The notes beneath the pieces are model-generated. The model ran no database searches. It had not been told where the DNA came from and saw only the letters and a list, made by a program, of their open reading frames with translations. A program made the position numbers and the translations under genes. From the NCBI GenBank assembly GCA_964194555.1, contig CAXMMT010000031.1, forward strand, positions 1,338-65,337: a stretch of DNA of 64,000 nt, written 5' to 3'. Origin of the DNA: an uncultured Boseongicola sp. Lineage in GTDB: Bacteria; Actinomycetota; Acidimicrobiia; Spongiisociales; ZC4RG35. This document shows, in pieces, positions 28,708 through 37,084 of this stretch; positions within the stretch are counted from its first letter, which is position 1; each line of letters starts with the position of its first letter.

Positions 28708-29915
28708 CTCCACTTGGAGCCATGTGGGAGATTGCTCGCCGTGAGATCCGAGAGCGAGGGAAGTCGAAGGCCTATCTCCTGACAAGTCTCATCACGCTGT
28801 TGCTCGTCATCGGGATCATCGTTATTCCCACCTTCATCGGCGGTGGGTCCGACGAGCACACGGTTGGCTCCCTTGGTGATGGCAACACCGAGATTGTCGA
28901 AGCCGCAGAGCAAATCGGCAACGGTGGGGTTGAGTCAGGAGAGGACCCGAACGTTGTCATCGAGATTGTGGAATTCGAAGATCGAGAAACTGCCGATGCG
29001 GCTCTGGAGTCAGGCGAAATAGACGTGCTCCTGGTGGATGGTGAGGAGATGGTCACCGCGGGAGGGACCGGATTCTTTGGGTCGTCATTGGCTCGTTTAC
29101 TCCAGAGAGGAGCTGCCACGGTCGAGCTGGAGCGGCTCGTCGCCGAGAGTGGGGCCGCCGCAACTGAGGTGATCGATGTCATGACTTCCGATCCACTCGA
29201 GCTATCAAGTCTTTCAGGCGAAGACCCCTCTGATGAGACCGGAACGATCATCGCCTACGTTGGGCTCATGTTGCTCTACATAGCGATTCTTCTCTATGGG
29301 ACTTGGATCCTCACAGGAGTTACCGAAGAGAAGACCAACCGCGTGGTCGAAGTGCTTCTGTCGAGTGTTCGCCCCTGGCAGCTTCTCGGCGGAAAGATCA
29401 TGGGTATCGGGCTCTTGGGGCTCGGTCAGTTCGGGCTGACGATCGTGGTAGCGGCGGTCGCGATTCAGATTACAGGGGCCTTCGACTTGCCGGAGTTGCC
29501 AACTGAGGGGATCGTCAATCTCGTCGTCTGGTTCGTCCTTGGGTTCTTGCTCTACGCGGTGATCTTCGGAGCCGCCGGTTCCCTGGCCAGCCGGATGGAG
29601 GATGCCCAGACCGCGGCTTTGCCGGTGACAGCCCTCGCCGTCATCGGGTTTTTTGTCTCAATCACATCACTCGACAACCCCGACGGTCTACTCGCCACCG
29701 TTGGCACATTCGTACCCCTGACCGCCGCGTTCGTGGTGCCAGTGCGCGCAGCACTCGGAGCCATCGAGGTGTGGGAGTACGTTCTGGCGGTATTGATCAC
29801 TGTCGGCACGATCGTGGTGATGGTCTTCGTCGCCGGACGCGTCTACGCGGGAGGCATTCTCCAATTCGGTGGGAAGATCAAGATCCGCGATGCTTGGAGG
29901 TCCGCCGGTCAATAG
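28704..29915 (+). CDS. ABC-2 type transporter permease (NatB-like)
   Basis: 403 aa. One N-terminal TM helix, an acidic extracytoplasmic loop of about 150 aa, then 5 C-terminal TM helices. 4-nt overlap with the ATPase gene. Confidence 0.8.
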   Translation: MTPLGAMWEIARREIRERGKSKAYLLTSLITLLLVIGIIVIPTFIGGGSDEHTVGSLGDGNTEIVEAAEQIGNGGVESGEDPNVVIEIVEFEDRETADAALESGEIDVLLVDGEEMVTAGGTGFFGSSLARLLQRGAATVELERLVAESGAAATEVIDVMTSDPLELSSLSGEDPSDETGTIIAYVGLMLLYIAILLYGTWILTGVTEEKTNRVVEVLLSSVRPWQLLGGKIMGIGLLGLGQFGLTIVVAAVAIQITGAFDLPELPTEGIVNLVVWFVLGFLLYAVIFGAAGSLASRMEDAQTAALPVTALAVIGFFVSITSLDNPDGLLATVGTFVPLTAAFVVPVRAALGAIEVWEYVLAVLITVGTIVVMVFVAGRVYAGGILQFGGKIKIRDAWRSAGQ

Positions 29916-29941
29916 GTTCATGCACGGATAATCTCCACACC

Positions 29942-30751
29942 ATGGGTTACCAACACCTCGAGATAGAAACCAAAGGGCACGTTGCGACGCTCTGGCTAAA
30001 CCGTCCCGAGAAACGCAATGCCTTCTCCGAGGACATGTGGGTTGACATTCCAAAGGCGATGAACGACCTCGAAGTCGACGATTCGATCAGAGTGATCGTT
30101 GTCGCCGGTCGTGGCACGACGTTCTGTGTGGGGATCGACATCAACATGCTGGCCGGCCTTCAACCGACTGGCGACTCCCAGGCCGACTCCAACCTGAAGC
30201 TCTACGACACGATCCGCCGACTCCAGAAGACAAACAGCGTCTTCGCCCACTCTTCCAAACCGGTGATCGCAGCGGTGCATGGCTATTGCCTCGGTCAGGG
30301 GATCAACCTGATTTCGGCATGTGACATCAGACTCGCCTCGTCCGACGCACAGTTCTCAGTAAGGGAAACCCGGCTGGGCATCGTCGCCGACGTTGGGGCG
30401 TTACAACGTCTCCCCGGAATCATCGGTGCCGGCCATCTCGCCGAGCTTGCTTTCACGGGGAAGGACATCGATGCCGCCAGAGCCAAAGACATCGGCCTGC
30501 TCAACGACATCTACTCCGACCAGGACGCTCTCATGAGAGCTACCTACGAGCTGGCCGCAGAGATCGCCGCCAACTCACCCCTGACGGTTTCGGGAGTCAA
30601 GAAGATCCTCGCCGCCAACGACGGACGAACTGTTGACGAAGCTCTCGACTATGTGGCTCAATGGAACTCGTCGTTCCTGATGTCGAACGACTTGATGGAG
30701 GCAATCAGCGCCTTCATGGAGAAGCGAGAGCCGGACTTCAAAGGCAACTGA
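29942..30751 (+). CDS. enoyl-CoA hydratase/isomerase (crotonase) family protein
   Basis: MGYQHLEIETKGHVATLWLNRPEKRNAF...VVAGRGTTFCVGIDI...PVIAAVHGYCLGQGINL. Start moved to the ATG at 29942. Confidence 0.9.
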   Translation: MGYQHLEIETKGHVATLWLNRPEKRNAFSEDMWVDIPKAMNDLEVDDSIRVIVVAGRGTTFCVGIDINMLAGLQPTGDSQADSNLKLYDTIRRLQKTNSVFAHSSKPVIAAVHGYCLGQGINLISACDIRLASSDAQFSVRETRLGIVADVGALQRLPGIIGAGHLAELAFTGKDIDAARAKDIGLLNDIYSDQDALMRATYELAAEIAANSPLTVSGVKKILAANDGRTVDEALDYVAQWNSSFLMSNDLMEAISAFMEKREPDFKGN

Positions 30752-30783
30752 AGAAGGGGAACACCGTCGGGACCTCCCCCTCC

Positions 30784-31470
30784 CTATCCCCGACGGTCCT
30801 GACGCAGGAGTGTCCGCACCGCAGAGTTCTTCCACAGGTTTCCGAACTGCGACCACTGCCGACGCTTGTCGATAAGGCTGGCCGTCATCGAGACGGGCTC
30901 ACTGCTTCCGAAGTGGCCACTCAGTTCTGTCAGTGTGTGCTTCCAGATCTTGTCTTCGAGACGACTGGTGTAGATCCTGAAGCTGGCCTCGTAGAGAGGA
31001 TCGTTGGCCCGGACCAGCAGGTGGATGCGAGTCACCGTCTCCCCGTCGTCATCCTCGTAGGCGCTGAAGGTGATGATGGCCGCCCAGGGGTGTCCTTCGG
31101 GCGTCATGTATGACCAGGAACGCTCATCCGCATAGATGACACGAACCCCGGTGGAGATTTTGGCTGGGCCAACGCCGCCACCGATGATGGCGATCTCACC
31201 CGGTGCAATGCCCCCCGCTGGTGCGTAGAACTTGTTTGACGGATACCAGAAGTCGCCGAAGTGCTCCTTCCAGGTGGCGATCACTTTCTCCGGGGTGGGA
31301 CCCGGAATCGAAACTTCATAGGTCTTCTGCCATAGCTGACCGAACCCCTGGAGAGGTCCGGTGGGCTTGCGGCCTTCGACGTTGCCTGTGACGGCACCTT
31401 CGGCGACCTCACCTACTTTGAATTCGTCAATCGGCTTCGCCCAATTCTCGGCATCTCTTGGTTCAGACAT
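30784..31470 (-). CDS. hypothetical soluble protein (possibly DUF1990-like)
   Basis: 228 aa with high GC3. The ATG at 31470 is preceded by GGGAGAAG. The family assignment is from memory of the sequence pattern and is weak. Confidence 0.55.
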   Translation of the reverse strand: MSEPRDAENWAKPIDEFKVGEVAEGAVTGNVEGRKPTGPLQGFGQLWQKTYEVSIPGPTPEKVIATWKEHFGDFWYPSNKFYAPAGGIAPGEIAIIGGGVGPAKISTGVRVIYADERSWSYMTPEGHPWAAIITFSAYEDDDGETVTRIHLLVRANDPLYEASFRIYTSRLEDKIWKHTLTELSGHFGSSEPVSMTASLIDKRRQWSQFGNLWKNSAVRTLLRQDRRG

Positions 31471-31490
31471 CACTTCTCCCTTCACGCCAA

Positions 31491-31525
31491 GTTCTACGGG
31501 ATTGCCGTTCCGCAACCGTTACGAA
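31491..31525 (-). promoter_or_regulatory. GTAACG direct-repeat promoter, site e (upstream of 30784..31470)
   Basis: Minus strand: TTCGTAACG-gttgc-GGAACG-gcaatcccg-TAGAAC, then 20 nt containing the RBS, then the ATG at 31470. Same architecture as the sites at 35935, 36640, 37534 and 40315. Confidence 0.55.
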
Positions 31526-31573
31526 GTCCGGTTAACCGTGTCGTAACGCCAAATACGCCACAATCGGTTCTGA

Positions 31574-32962
31574 GTGAGCGATTTCGATACGACAATTGTC
31601 GGAGCCGGCCCCAACGGCCTGGCCGCCGCCGTGGAGATGGCCCGTGCTGGAAGGAAAGTGCTCCTGATCGAAGGAGCCGACGAGATAGGGGGAGGCACTA
31701 GGACCGAAGAGTTGACCCTTCCTGGGTTCCTACATGACGTCTGCTCGGCAGTGCACCCGGCCGGTGTCGCTTCGCCGTTCTTCAAAGAACTTGGGTTGGA
31801 TGTCGAATGGATACAGCCACCGACCCCGTTCAGCCACCCTCTCGACGGTGGCAGGTCGGTGGCTCTTCACCGCTCCGTCGGGGAGACTGCCGGTCAGTTG
31901 GGTGTCGACGAGTCCGCCTATGCCGGTTTGATGGAGCCCATGGTGAAAGGCATCGATGAGCTCATCGAAGATGTCCTCGCACCAGTAACAATCAACCCCA
32001 AACACAAGACCAAGTTCGCCCGGGTCGCCGCCATCGGCAGCCTGTCGGCATCCCTGTTGGTGAAGCGATTCAAGACCGAGGGGGCCAGAGCATTGATCGC
32101 CGGTCTGGCGGCTCACTCCATAGCACCATTCAATGCGCCGGCTACGTCCGCCGTGGGGATAATGCTCGGTGCGATTGGCCACCATTACGGCTGGCCATTG
32201 GCGAAAGGCGGTTCGATGAGCATCGCCATGGCCCTGGCAGATCGACTGGACGAACTCGGCGGCGTCATCGAGACGGGGCGATGGGTGGACGACATCCGCG
32301 AGTTGCCTGGTGAGGCTGTTCTTCTCGACGTGATGCCTCCCGCGGCCTACCGGATCGCCAAGGATCGGCTCTCCCCATCGAGTCTGCGACGGCTCCCCAG
32401 GTGGAAGCCGGGACCGGGAGTCTTCAAAGTGGATTGGGCGCTGAGCGAGCCAATCCCCTGGGCCGACCCGTTGAGCGGCCAGGCGGCCACGGTCCATGTG
32501 GGTGGCTCCTATGAGGAAGTGGAGGCCGCCGAAAGCGCCGTGTTCAAGGGAGAACACCCGGATCGGCCCTTCGTGCTGATGGCACAACAATCTCAGTTTG
32601 ATGAAACCCGTGCCCCCGACGGGAAGCACACCGCGTGGGGCTATTGCCATGTGCCCAACGGCTCGGACGTGGACATGACCGAGAACATCGAGAAACAGAT
32701 CGAGCGTTTTGCGCCCGGTTTCAGGGATGTCATCCTGGAACGGTCCACCCGGAACGCAGCTCAGTATCAGACCTACAACCCCAACTACGTAGGCGGGGAC
32801 ATCGGTGGGGGCGGGTTCGGGCTGAAGAAGATCATGCAGATGGGCGCCAAACGCCCGTATCAACTGGGCGGCGGGGTTTATCTGTGCTCATCTGCCACCC
32901 CGCCAGGCGCAGGCGTTCACGGCATGTGCGGCTATTACGCGGCGAGAGCGGCTCTAACCTGA
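31574..32962 (+). CDS. FAD/NAD(P)-dependent oxidoreductase, phytoene-desaturase (CrtI)-related
   Basis: N-terminal dinucleotide fold TTIVGAGPNGLAAAVEMARAGRKVLLIE and a C-terminal ...GGGVYLCSSATPPGAGVHG. Confidence 0.85.
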   Translation: MSDFDTTIVGAGPNGLAAAVEMARAGRKVLLIEGADEIGGGTRTEELTLPGFLHDVCSAVHPAGVASPFFKELGLDVEWIQPPTPFSHPLDGGRSVALHRSVGETAGQLGVDESAYAGLMEPMVKGIDELIEDVLAPVTINPKHKTKFARVAAIGSLSASLLVKRFKTEGARALIAGLAAHSIAPFNAPATSAVGIMLGAIGHHYGWPLAKGGSMSIAMALADRLDELGGVIETGRWVDDIRELPGEAVLLDVMPPAAYRIAKDRLSPSSLRRLPRWKPGPGVFKVDWALSEPIPWADPLSGQAATVHVGGSYEEVEAAESAVFKGEHPDRPFVLMAQQSQFDETRAPDGKHTAWGYCHVPNGSDVDMTENIEKQIERFAPGFRDVILERSTRNAAQYQTYNPNYVGGDIGGGGFGLKKIMQMGAKRPYQLGGGVYLCSSATPPGAGVHGMCGYYAARAALT

Positions 32963-32966
32963 AAAG

Positions 32967-32999
32967 GGGTATATACGATACCCACTCTTGGGTATATAC
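32967..32999 (+). promoter_or_regulatory. vapBC promoter/operator: two GGGTATATAC direct repeats, the second containing a TATACT -10
   Basis: GGGTATATAC at 32967-32976 and again at 32990-32999, each embedding the palindrome GTATATAC. TATACT ends 6 nt before the vapB ATG at 33007, which implies a leaderless mRNA. Confidence 0.5.
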
Positions 33000-33006
33000 T
33001 TCCATC

Positions 33007-33237
33007 ATGACCAAGCGTCTGATAGAAATAGATGACGAGTTGCTCGACATGGCCAGAGAACTGGCCGACGCCGAAACCATCAAAGGAACCGTGGAAGAAG
33101 CCTTGAGAAGGCTCGTCAGAATCGAATCAACCAAACTACATATCGAGGAGCTCGCTGAATCACTCGAGCCAAACGCCGTTGAGCTCCTCGAGGAATCCAG
33201 ACGCGTCAACCCGCCGCCCGGTGGCTTTCCTGATTGA
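33007..33237 (+). CDS. vapB: type II antitoxin, VapB-like (ribbon-helix-helix)
   Basis: MTKRLIEIDDELLDMARELADAETIKGTVEEALRRLV. 76 aa. Overlaps the downstream PIN gene. Confidence 0.75.
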   Translation: MTKRLIEIDDELLDMARELADAETIKGTVEEALRRLVRIESTKLHIEELAESLEPNAVELLEESRRVNPPPGGFPD

Positions 33238-33628
33238 CACGTCGGTCTGGGGGCGAGACAACCAGCCGGCTATTCAGGAGCGACTGCAAGAGTTGAATCG
33301 CGCGCAGAGCATCTGGACATGTCGGGCGGTTGATTTAGAGACTGTGTATAGCGCTCGAGCGAGAGATGCGGCGGCCCATGTTTATCGTCGGAGACTCATG
33401 CTCGACGTCCCTATCACCACGGCGATCATGGATCGCTCCCTCGACGTTACAGCCGAAATGGCTTCTGCTGGGCTCCACCGCCACGCCAAGCCAATGGACC
33501 TCATCATCGCGGCTGCAGCGGAGGCCGAGGATCTCACCGTCCTCCACTACGACCGGGATTTCGATCACATCGCCTCAGTCACCGGCCAACCAACCGAGTG
33601 GGTGGCCCCTCCCGGGAGCCTGGGCTAG
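33221..33628 (+). CDS. vapC: type II toxin, PIN-domain ribonuclease VapC
   Basis: VAFLIDTSVW (first acidic residue)...DLIIAAAAEAEDLTVLHYDRDFDHIA. The GTG at 33221 is in frame and gives a 17-nt overlap with vapB. Confidence 0.85.
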   Translation: MAFLIDTSVWGRDNQPAIQERLQELNRAQSIWTCRAVDLETVYSARARDAAAHVYRRRLMLDVPITTAIMDRSLDVTAEMASAGLHRHAKPMDLIIAAAAEAEDLTVLHYDRDFDHIASVTGQPTEWVAPPGSLG

Positions 33629-33635
33629 ACCAGCC

Positions 33636-34001
33636 CTAAGCCGCTGCAGCCGACTCCTCATCGTCGAAGATGACGATCGCCTCGTCGAGACGGGTGAGGG
33701 CAAAGATCTCCCGATAGTGCTCGGTGAGCCCGTACGCCCGCAGAGCGTGTCCGCTTCTTTGGGCCCGGATGAGAGTCGTCACCAGGAGGCCTATTCCTCC
33801 ACTATTCATGTACTCCAGTCCGGTGAAGTTGAGGATGACGGCCTTCGCTCCCTCCCCGGCGGCCTCGTGGGCCGTAGTGATTTCTTTCTCGGAGAATGAG
33901 GTGATCTCTCCTTCGATGTCGATTACCCGTACTCCGTCTCCGATGTCTCTTACATTCATGGTCAGATTTGTCGTAGGCACAGATCCCTCTCCTTGTCTCA
34001 T
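33636..34001 (-). CDS. STAS-domain anti-sigma-factor antagonist (RsbV/SpoIIAA-like), copy 2
   Basis: ILNFTGLEYMNSGGIGLLV contains the conserved phosphorylatable Ser. ATGA overlap with copy 1. Confidence 0.85.
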   Translation of the reverse strand: MRQGEGSVPTTNLTMNVRDIGDGVRVIDIEGEITSFSEKEITTAHEAAGEGAKAVILNFTGLEYMNSGGIGLLVTTLIRAQRSGHALRAYGLTEHYREIFALTRLDEAIVIFDDEESAAAA

Positions 34002-34333
34002 TTCCCCAGATTGGCGTCTTCGTAGATATGCATGAAGTCGGACAAGCGGGTGATCTGAAAGACCTCCCGATAATGCTCGGTCAGACCGTAGGCACCGACC
34101 TCTCGTGCTTCGGCCCGGGCCATTGCCAGAATCCCGACGATGACTGCGATGCCGGTCGAATTGATGTACTCGACGGCTCCAAAGTCGAGAAGAATCTCGC
34201 CAGGTGTAGCCAAGGCCTTCTCGTAGGCCTCCTCCATCCCACCTTTCGCGGCACGATTGACGACCCCGCTCAACTCAATGACAGAGCCTTTGTCTGTGGA
34301 CGTCACTGTTGCCTTAAACCCGTCCTCTGGCAT
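33998..34333 (-). CDS. STAS-domain anti-sigma-factor antagonist (RsbV/SpoIIAA-like), copy 1
   Basis: LLDFGAVEYINSTGIAVIV. Shares ...YGLTEHYRE.F..TRL... with copy 2. TAATG overlap with the upstream phosphatase-kinase gene. Confidence 0.85.
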   Translation of the reverse strand: MPEDGFKATVTSTDKGSVIELSGVVNRAAKGGMEEAYEKALATPGEILLDFGAVEYINSTGIAVIVGILAMARAEAREVGAYGLTEHYREVFQITRLSDFMHIYEDANLGK

Positions 34334-35928
34334 TAGGAATCTCCTTCCCGCTTCATCACGAGTTCGACGGTATGCGTTCCGTTCTCGCTGCTTCTCCTGA
34401 CCTCATCGACCATCTGACCGATGAGAAACAATCCCCATCCCCTGGGACTCTGGTCCCCCGCCAGCTTCGCCTCGAGATCGGGGCGCTCAGCATCGGGGAT
34501 CTCTTTGTCACCACCCTGGTCGGTGACCCTGACTGTCACTGTTGTCCCGGTAGCAGCCACTACGACTCCCACCTCGAGCTCGGCGTCGTACTCGTTGCCA
34601 TGTTCGATGGCGTTCATGACCGTCTCGCCAACTGCGGTCTTGAGGCGCTCGAACTTCGCCGGATCCAGACCCAGCGGACCCACAACATCTGCAACTTTGG
34701 TGATGGCCGTCCTCTCGTTGCCTTCCTCGCTAGCCAACGTGAAACTCGTCAAGACTTGTCCCGAGGTGGTATTGCCAAATGCCGCCGCAGCCCGCTCGGC
34801 CGATGCGGTCCTCTTCACCACTACAAGGGTGATGTCGTCTTCCTGCTCGGCGTCAGGCCCCGTCCACTTCTCCAGATCCGTGACAAGAGCGTTGACCATG
34901 TCGTCGCCCTTCGGCTTCTTGGCCACCTGACCCATCAAGCGTCCGAAGCCATACATTTCTCCTTCGATGTTGTGCGCCTCGGTGATGCCGTCGCTGGTGA
35001 GAACCATCACTTCGCCGTCCTGGAGCGCGTAGGTGCGCTCCTCGTATTCCATGTCCCTCATCAGCCCCAAAGGCATCCCGGTGGCCCTCAGCTCGATTAC
35101 GCCGTTTGCATTCCGGACATATGGAAGGTTGTGCCCGGCGTTGGCAAACACCAGATCGCCGCTCTTGGTGTCGATGATGGCGTAGAGGCACGTGACAAAC
35201 ATGGCCGGCGGAATCTCAGGAACGAGGTTGTTGTTGACATCATCGAGCACAGCCGACGGTGAGTCGTAACGCAGGGCCGCCCCCCGAAGCATTGATCGAC
35301 AGCTGGCCATCACCAGGGCCGCCGGGACACCCTTATCGGTCACGTCGCCGATGACGACGCCGAGTTTCCCCTCGCCCAGATCTATGAAGTCGTAGAAGTC
35401 GCCGCCGACGGCACGGGCGGGTCGATAGAAGGCATCGACATGCCATCCCGCAATGGTGGGAAGCTCTTTGGGTAACAGGGTCTGTTGGATCAGAGCAGCG
35501 ACCTGGAGCTCCTGGTTGATGCGCTCCATCTCCTTCGCTTCCGCTTGCTGCTCCTGAACCAACTGGGCGACCTTCATTGCCGGAGCGACCTGGGAGGCCA
35601 GACTGCCCAGAAGACGGCGATCGTCGGTCGAATAGGGCTGATCGGAGAGACGGTTGCCGAGGTAGAGGGCACCGAGCAGTTCGCCTTGACCTATCAGCGG
35701 AACAATGAGCTCGACTCCCGAGTCCTTGAGCTGGTCGATCGCATCCGAGCTGAGGTCGATGTCCTCTAACTCCACCGGACCGCCACTGGAAAGCAGAAGC
35801 GTTTCGAGCGGGTCACCCGGGGAAATGTCGATCGGGTCGATCAGCTGGGTTTTGGACGTCGCAACCGGGTCCGGAGCAGTCTCTGCAGCTCCTTCTCTCG
35901 TCTTTCGGCGCTTTCTGAGCGACTCCAT
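34333..35928 (-). CDS. fusion protein: partial GAF, PP2C/SpoIIE phosphatase and RsbW/SpoIIAB-type HATPase (anti-sigma kinase-like)
   Basis: PP2C motifs GGDFYDF, GDVTDKGVPAAL, LTSDGITEA and EDDITLVVV. The C-terminal 130 aa carry the N-box VMNAIEHGN and the G-box RGWGLFLI. Confidence 0.85.
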   Translation of the reverse strand: MESLRKRRKTREGAAETAPDPVATSKTQLIDPIDISPGDPLETLLLSSGGPVELEDIDLSSDAIDQLKDSGVELIVPLIGQGELLGALYLGNRLSDQPYSTDDRRLLGSLASQVAPAMKVAQLVQEQQAEAKEMERINQELQVAALIQQTLLPKELPTIAGWHVDAFYRPARAVGGDFYDFIDLGEGKLGVVIGDVTDKGVPAALVMASCRSMLRGAALRYDSPSAVLDDVNNNLVPEIPPAMFVTCLYAIIDTKSGDLVFANAGHNLPYVRNANGVIELRATGMPLGLMRDMEYEERTYALQDGEVMVLTSDGITEAHNIEGEMYGFGRLMGQVAKKPKGDDMVNALVTDLEKWTGPDAEQEDDITLVVVKRTASAERAAAAFGNTTSGQVLTSFTLASEEGNERTAITKVADVVGPLGLDPAKFERLKTAVGETVMNAIEHGNEYDAELEVGVVVAATGTTVTVRVTDQGGDKEIPDAERPDLEAKLAGDQSPRGWGLFLIGQMVDEVRRSSENGTHTVELVMKREGDS

Positions 35929-35934
35929 GATCCC

Positions 35935-35969
35935 TTTCTACCTCGCCAGCGTTCCGAAAACGTTACGAG
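35935..35969 (-). promoter_or_regulatory. GTAACG direct-repeat promoter, site a (partner-switching operon, predicted leaderless)
   Basis: Minus strand: CTCGTAACG-ttttc-GGAACG-ctggcgagg-TAGAAA-gggatc-ATG(35928). The -10-like hexamer ends 6 nt before the ATG. Confidence 0.6.
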
Positions 35970-36112
35970 TCTCAGGAGCAGAGTGCACTTGGACCACCCT
36001 GCAGTTGTGTGGGTACTGGCCTCCGGCGGAAGCCAATAGCGCCCGCACCAAGAAAGGGACCGTCACGAATCGACTCGTCACTGTTCCACCATCCCTCCGT
36101 GAACTGACAGTG

Positions 36113-36607
36113 CTATCCCACCGCCGTTGGTGTTTCCACAAGGTTGGTGTTGGTGGAAACGAGTCGGGCTCCCAGAAGCTCAGACATGGCCGCGCACCCT
36201 TCACGCATGACGTTGTGATGGGCCCGGACCAGAATCGGCTTGGCGAATCCAGCGACGAAGTTCATCCACGGCTTCGTCGTCGACACATACCAATTGAACC
36301 TGACATGGGTCTGATTATCGCGAGTCTCCAGTAGGTAGGTGCCCGTCCCGATCAGGTCGCCTCGAATAACACTCTTGATCCTGACAGGCCGATCCACCTC
36401 GACCACCTTTGCCTCGAAATCCATCGCGTAACCAAGCGGGCTCCTGATCGAGTAGGAGGCGCGAGTACCCAACCCGTCGGCGCCCCCCTCGTCGAGCAGC
36501 CTGGAGTTCTTGACCGACGGCCACCAGGCCGAGAATTTCTCCGGATGTTCTAGGACCTCATAGACCTTTTCGATCGGTGCGGTAAGCACCCACTCCGTTT
36601 CGAACAT
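36113..36607 (-). CDS. SRPBCC (START/Bet v1-like, polyketide cyclase/dehydrase fold) protein
   Basis: MFETEWVLTAPIEKVYEVLEHPEKFSAWWP is a typical SRPBCC N-terminus. The ATG at 36607 follows GGAAGGAGGG. Longer starts at 36688 and 36802 are possible but would cover promoter site b. Confidence 0.7.
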   Translation of the reverse strand: MFETEWVLTAPIEKVYEVLEHPEKFSAWWPSVKNSRLLDEGGADGLGTRASYSIRSPLGYAMDFEAKVVEVDRPVRIKSVIRGDLIGTGTYLLETRDNQTHVRFNWYVSTTKPWMNFVAGFAKPILVRAHHNVMREGCAAMSELLGARLVSTNTNLVETPTAVG

Positions 36608-36639
36608 GTAATGGACCACTTGTCCCTCCTTCCACTCTT

Positions 36640-36675
36640 CGTTATCGCACGTGCCCGCTACAGGATCGTTACGAG
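36640..36675 (-). promoter_or_regulatory. GTAACG direct-repeat promoter, site b (upstream of the SRPBCC gene)
   Basis: Minus strand: CTCGTAACG-atcctg-GTAGCG-ggcacgtgc-GATAAC, then a 5'UTR with the GGAAGGAGGG RBS, then the ATG at 36607. The inter-repeat spacer is one nt longer than at the other sites. Confidence 0.45.
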
Positions 36676-36714
36676 AGGGTTGAAACATGGTTCCAAGTCC
36701 GCCAAGTTGGGGGC

Positions 36715-37029
36715 GTGACTTCATTAGAGCCGGCTCGCCACGCTTTGTATGCTGTACTCGAGGACGTCCTCGGAACCGAGCACGCCGAAACACTGATGAC
36801 ACATCTACCCCAACACGAGTCCGACCAAGTGGCCACCAAGGCCGATCTGGGAAGGGTCGAGACGCGGATAGATGACAGGTTCGATCGCATGGAGGATCGT
36901 TTCGATGAACGTTTCAACCGGATGGAAGTTCGGATTGACAAGATGAACCGCAACTTCATCACTGTCTCCTTCGGCACCCTCACCGTGATGACCGCAATCT
37001 TCGCCTTCCTCACGAAGATGTGGGTGTAG
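36715..37029 (+). CDS. tail-anchored coiled-coil protein, paralog 1 (DUF1640-like pattern)
   Basis: GTG start. EPARHALYAVLEDVLGTEHAETLMTHLPQHESDQVATKADL, then RF-heptads (DRFDRME DRFDERF NRMEVRI DKMNRNF), then one C-terminal TM helix. Confidence 0.65.
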   Translation: MTSLEPARHALYAVLEDVLGTEHAETLMTHLPQHESDQVATKADLGRVETRIDDRFDRMEDRFDERFNRMEVRIDKMNRNFITVSFGTLTVMTAIFAFLTKMWV

Positions 37030-37084
37030 AGCCTCCTTCCCATAGGTCTTGAAACCGTCTGACCAGGGCGGCATAGTCGAACCA

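Noticed and set aside
31543-31576. GTAACG-ccaaa-TACGCC upstream of the FAD oxidoreductase as a divergent sixth regulon site
   Set aside because: The second repeat and the -10 position (TCTGAG) are poor matches. It may share the first repeat region with site e, but the evidence is too weak to call.
31730-32863. 377-aa minus-strand ORF inside the FAD oxidoreductase gene
   Set aside because: Shadow ORF. The plus strand encodes a canonical dinucleotide-binding fold and the minus-strand translation has no recognisable features.
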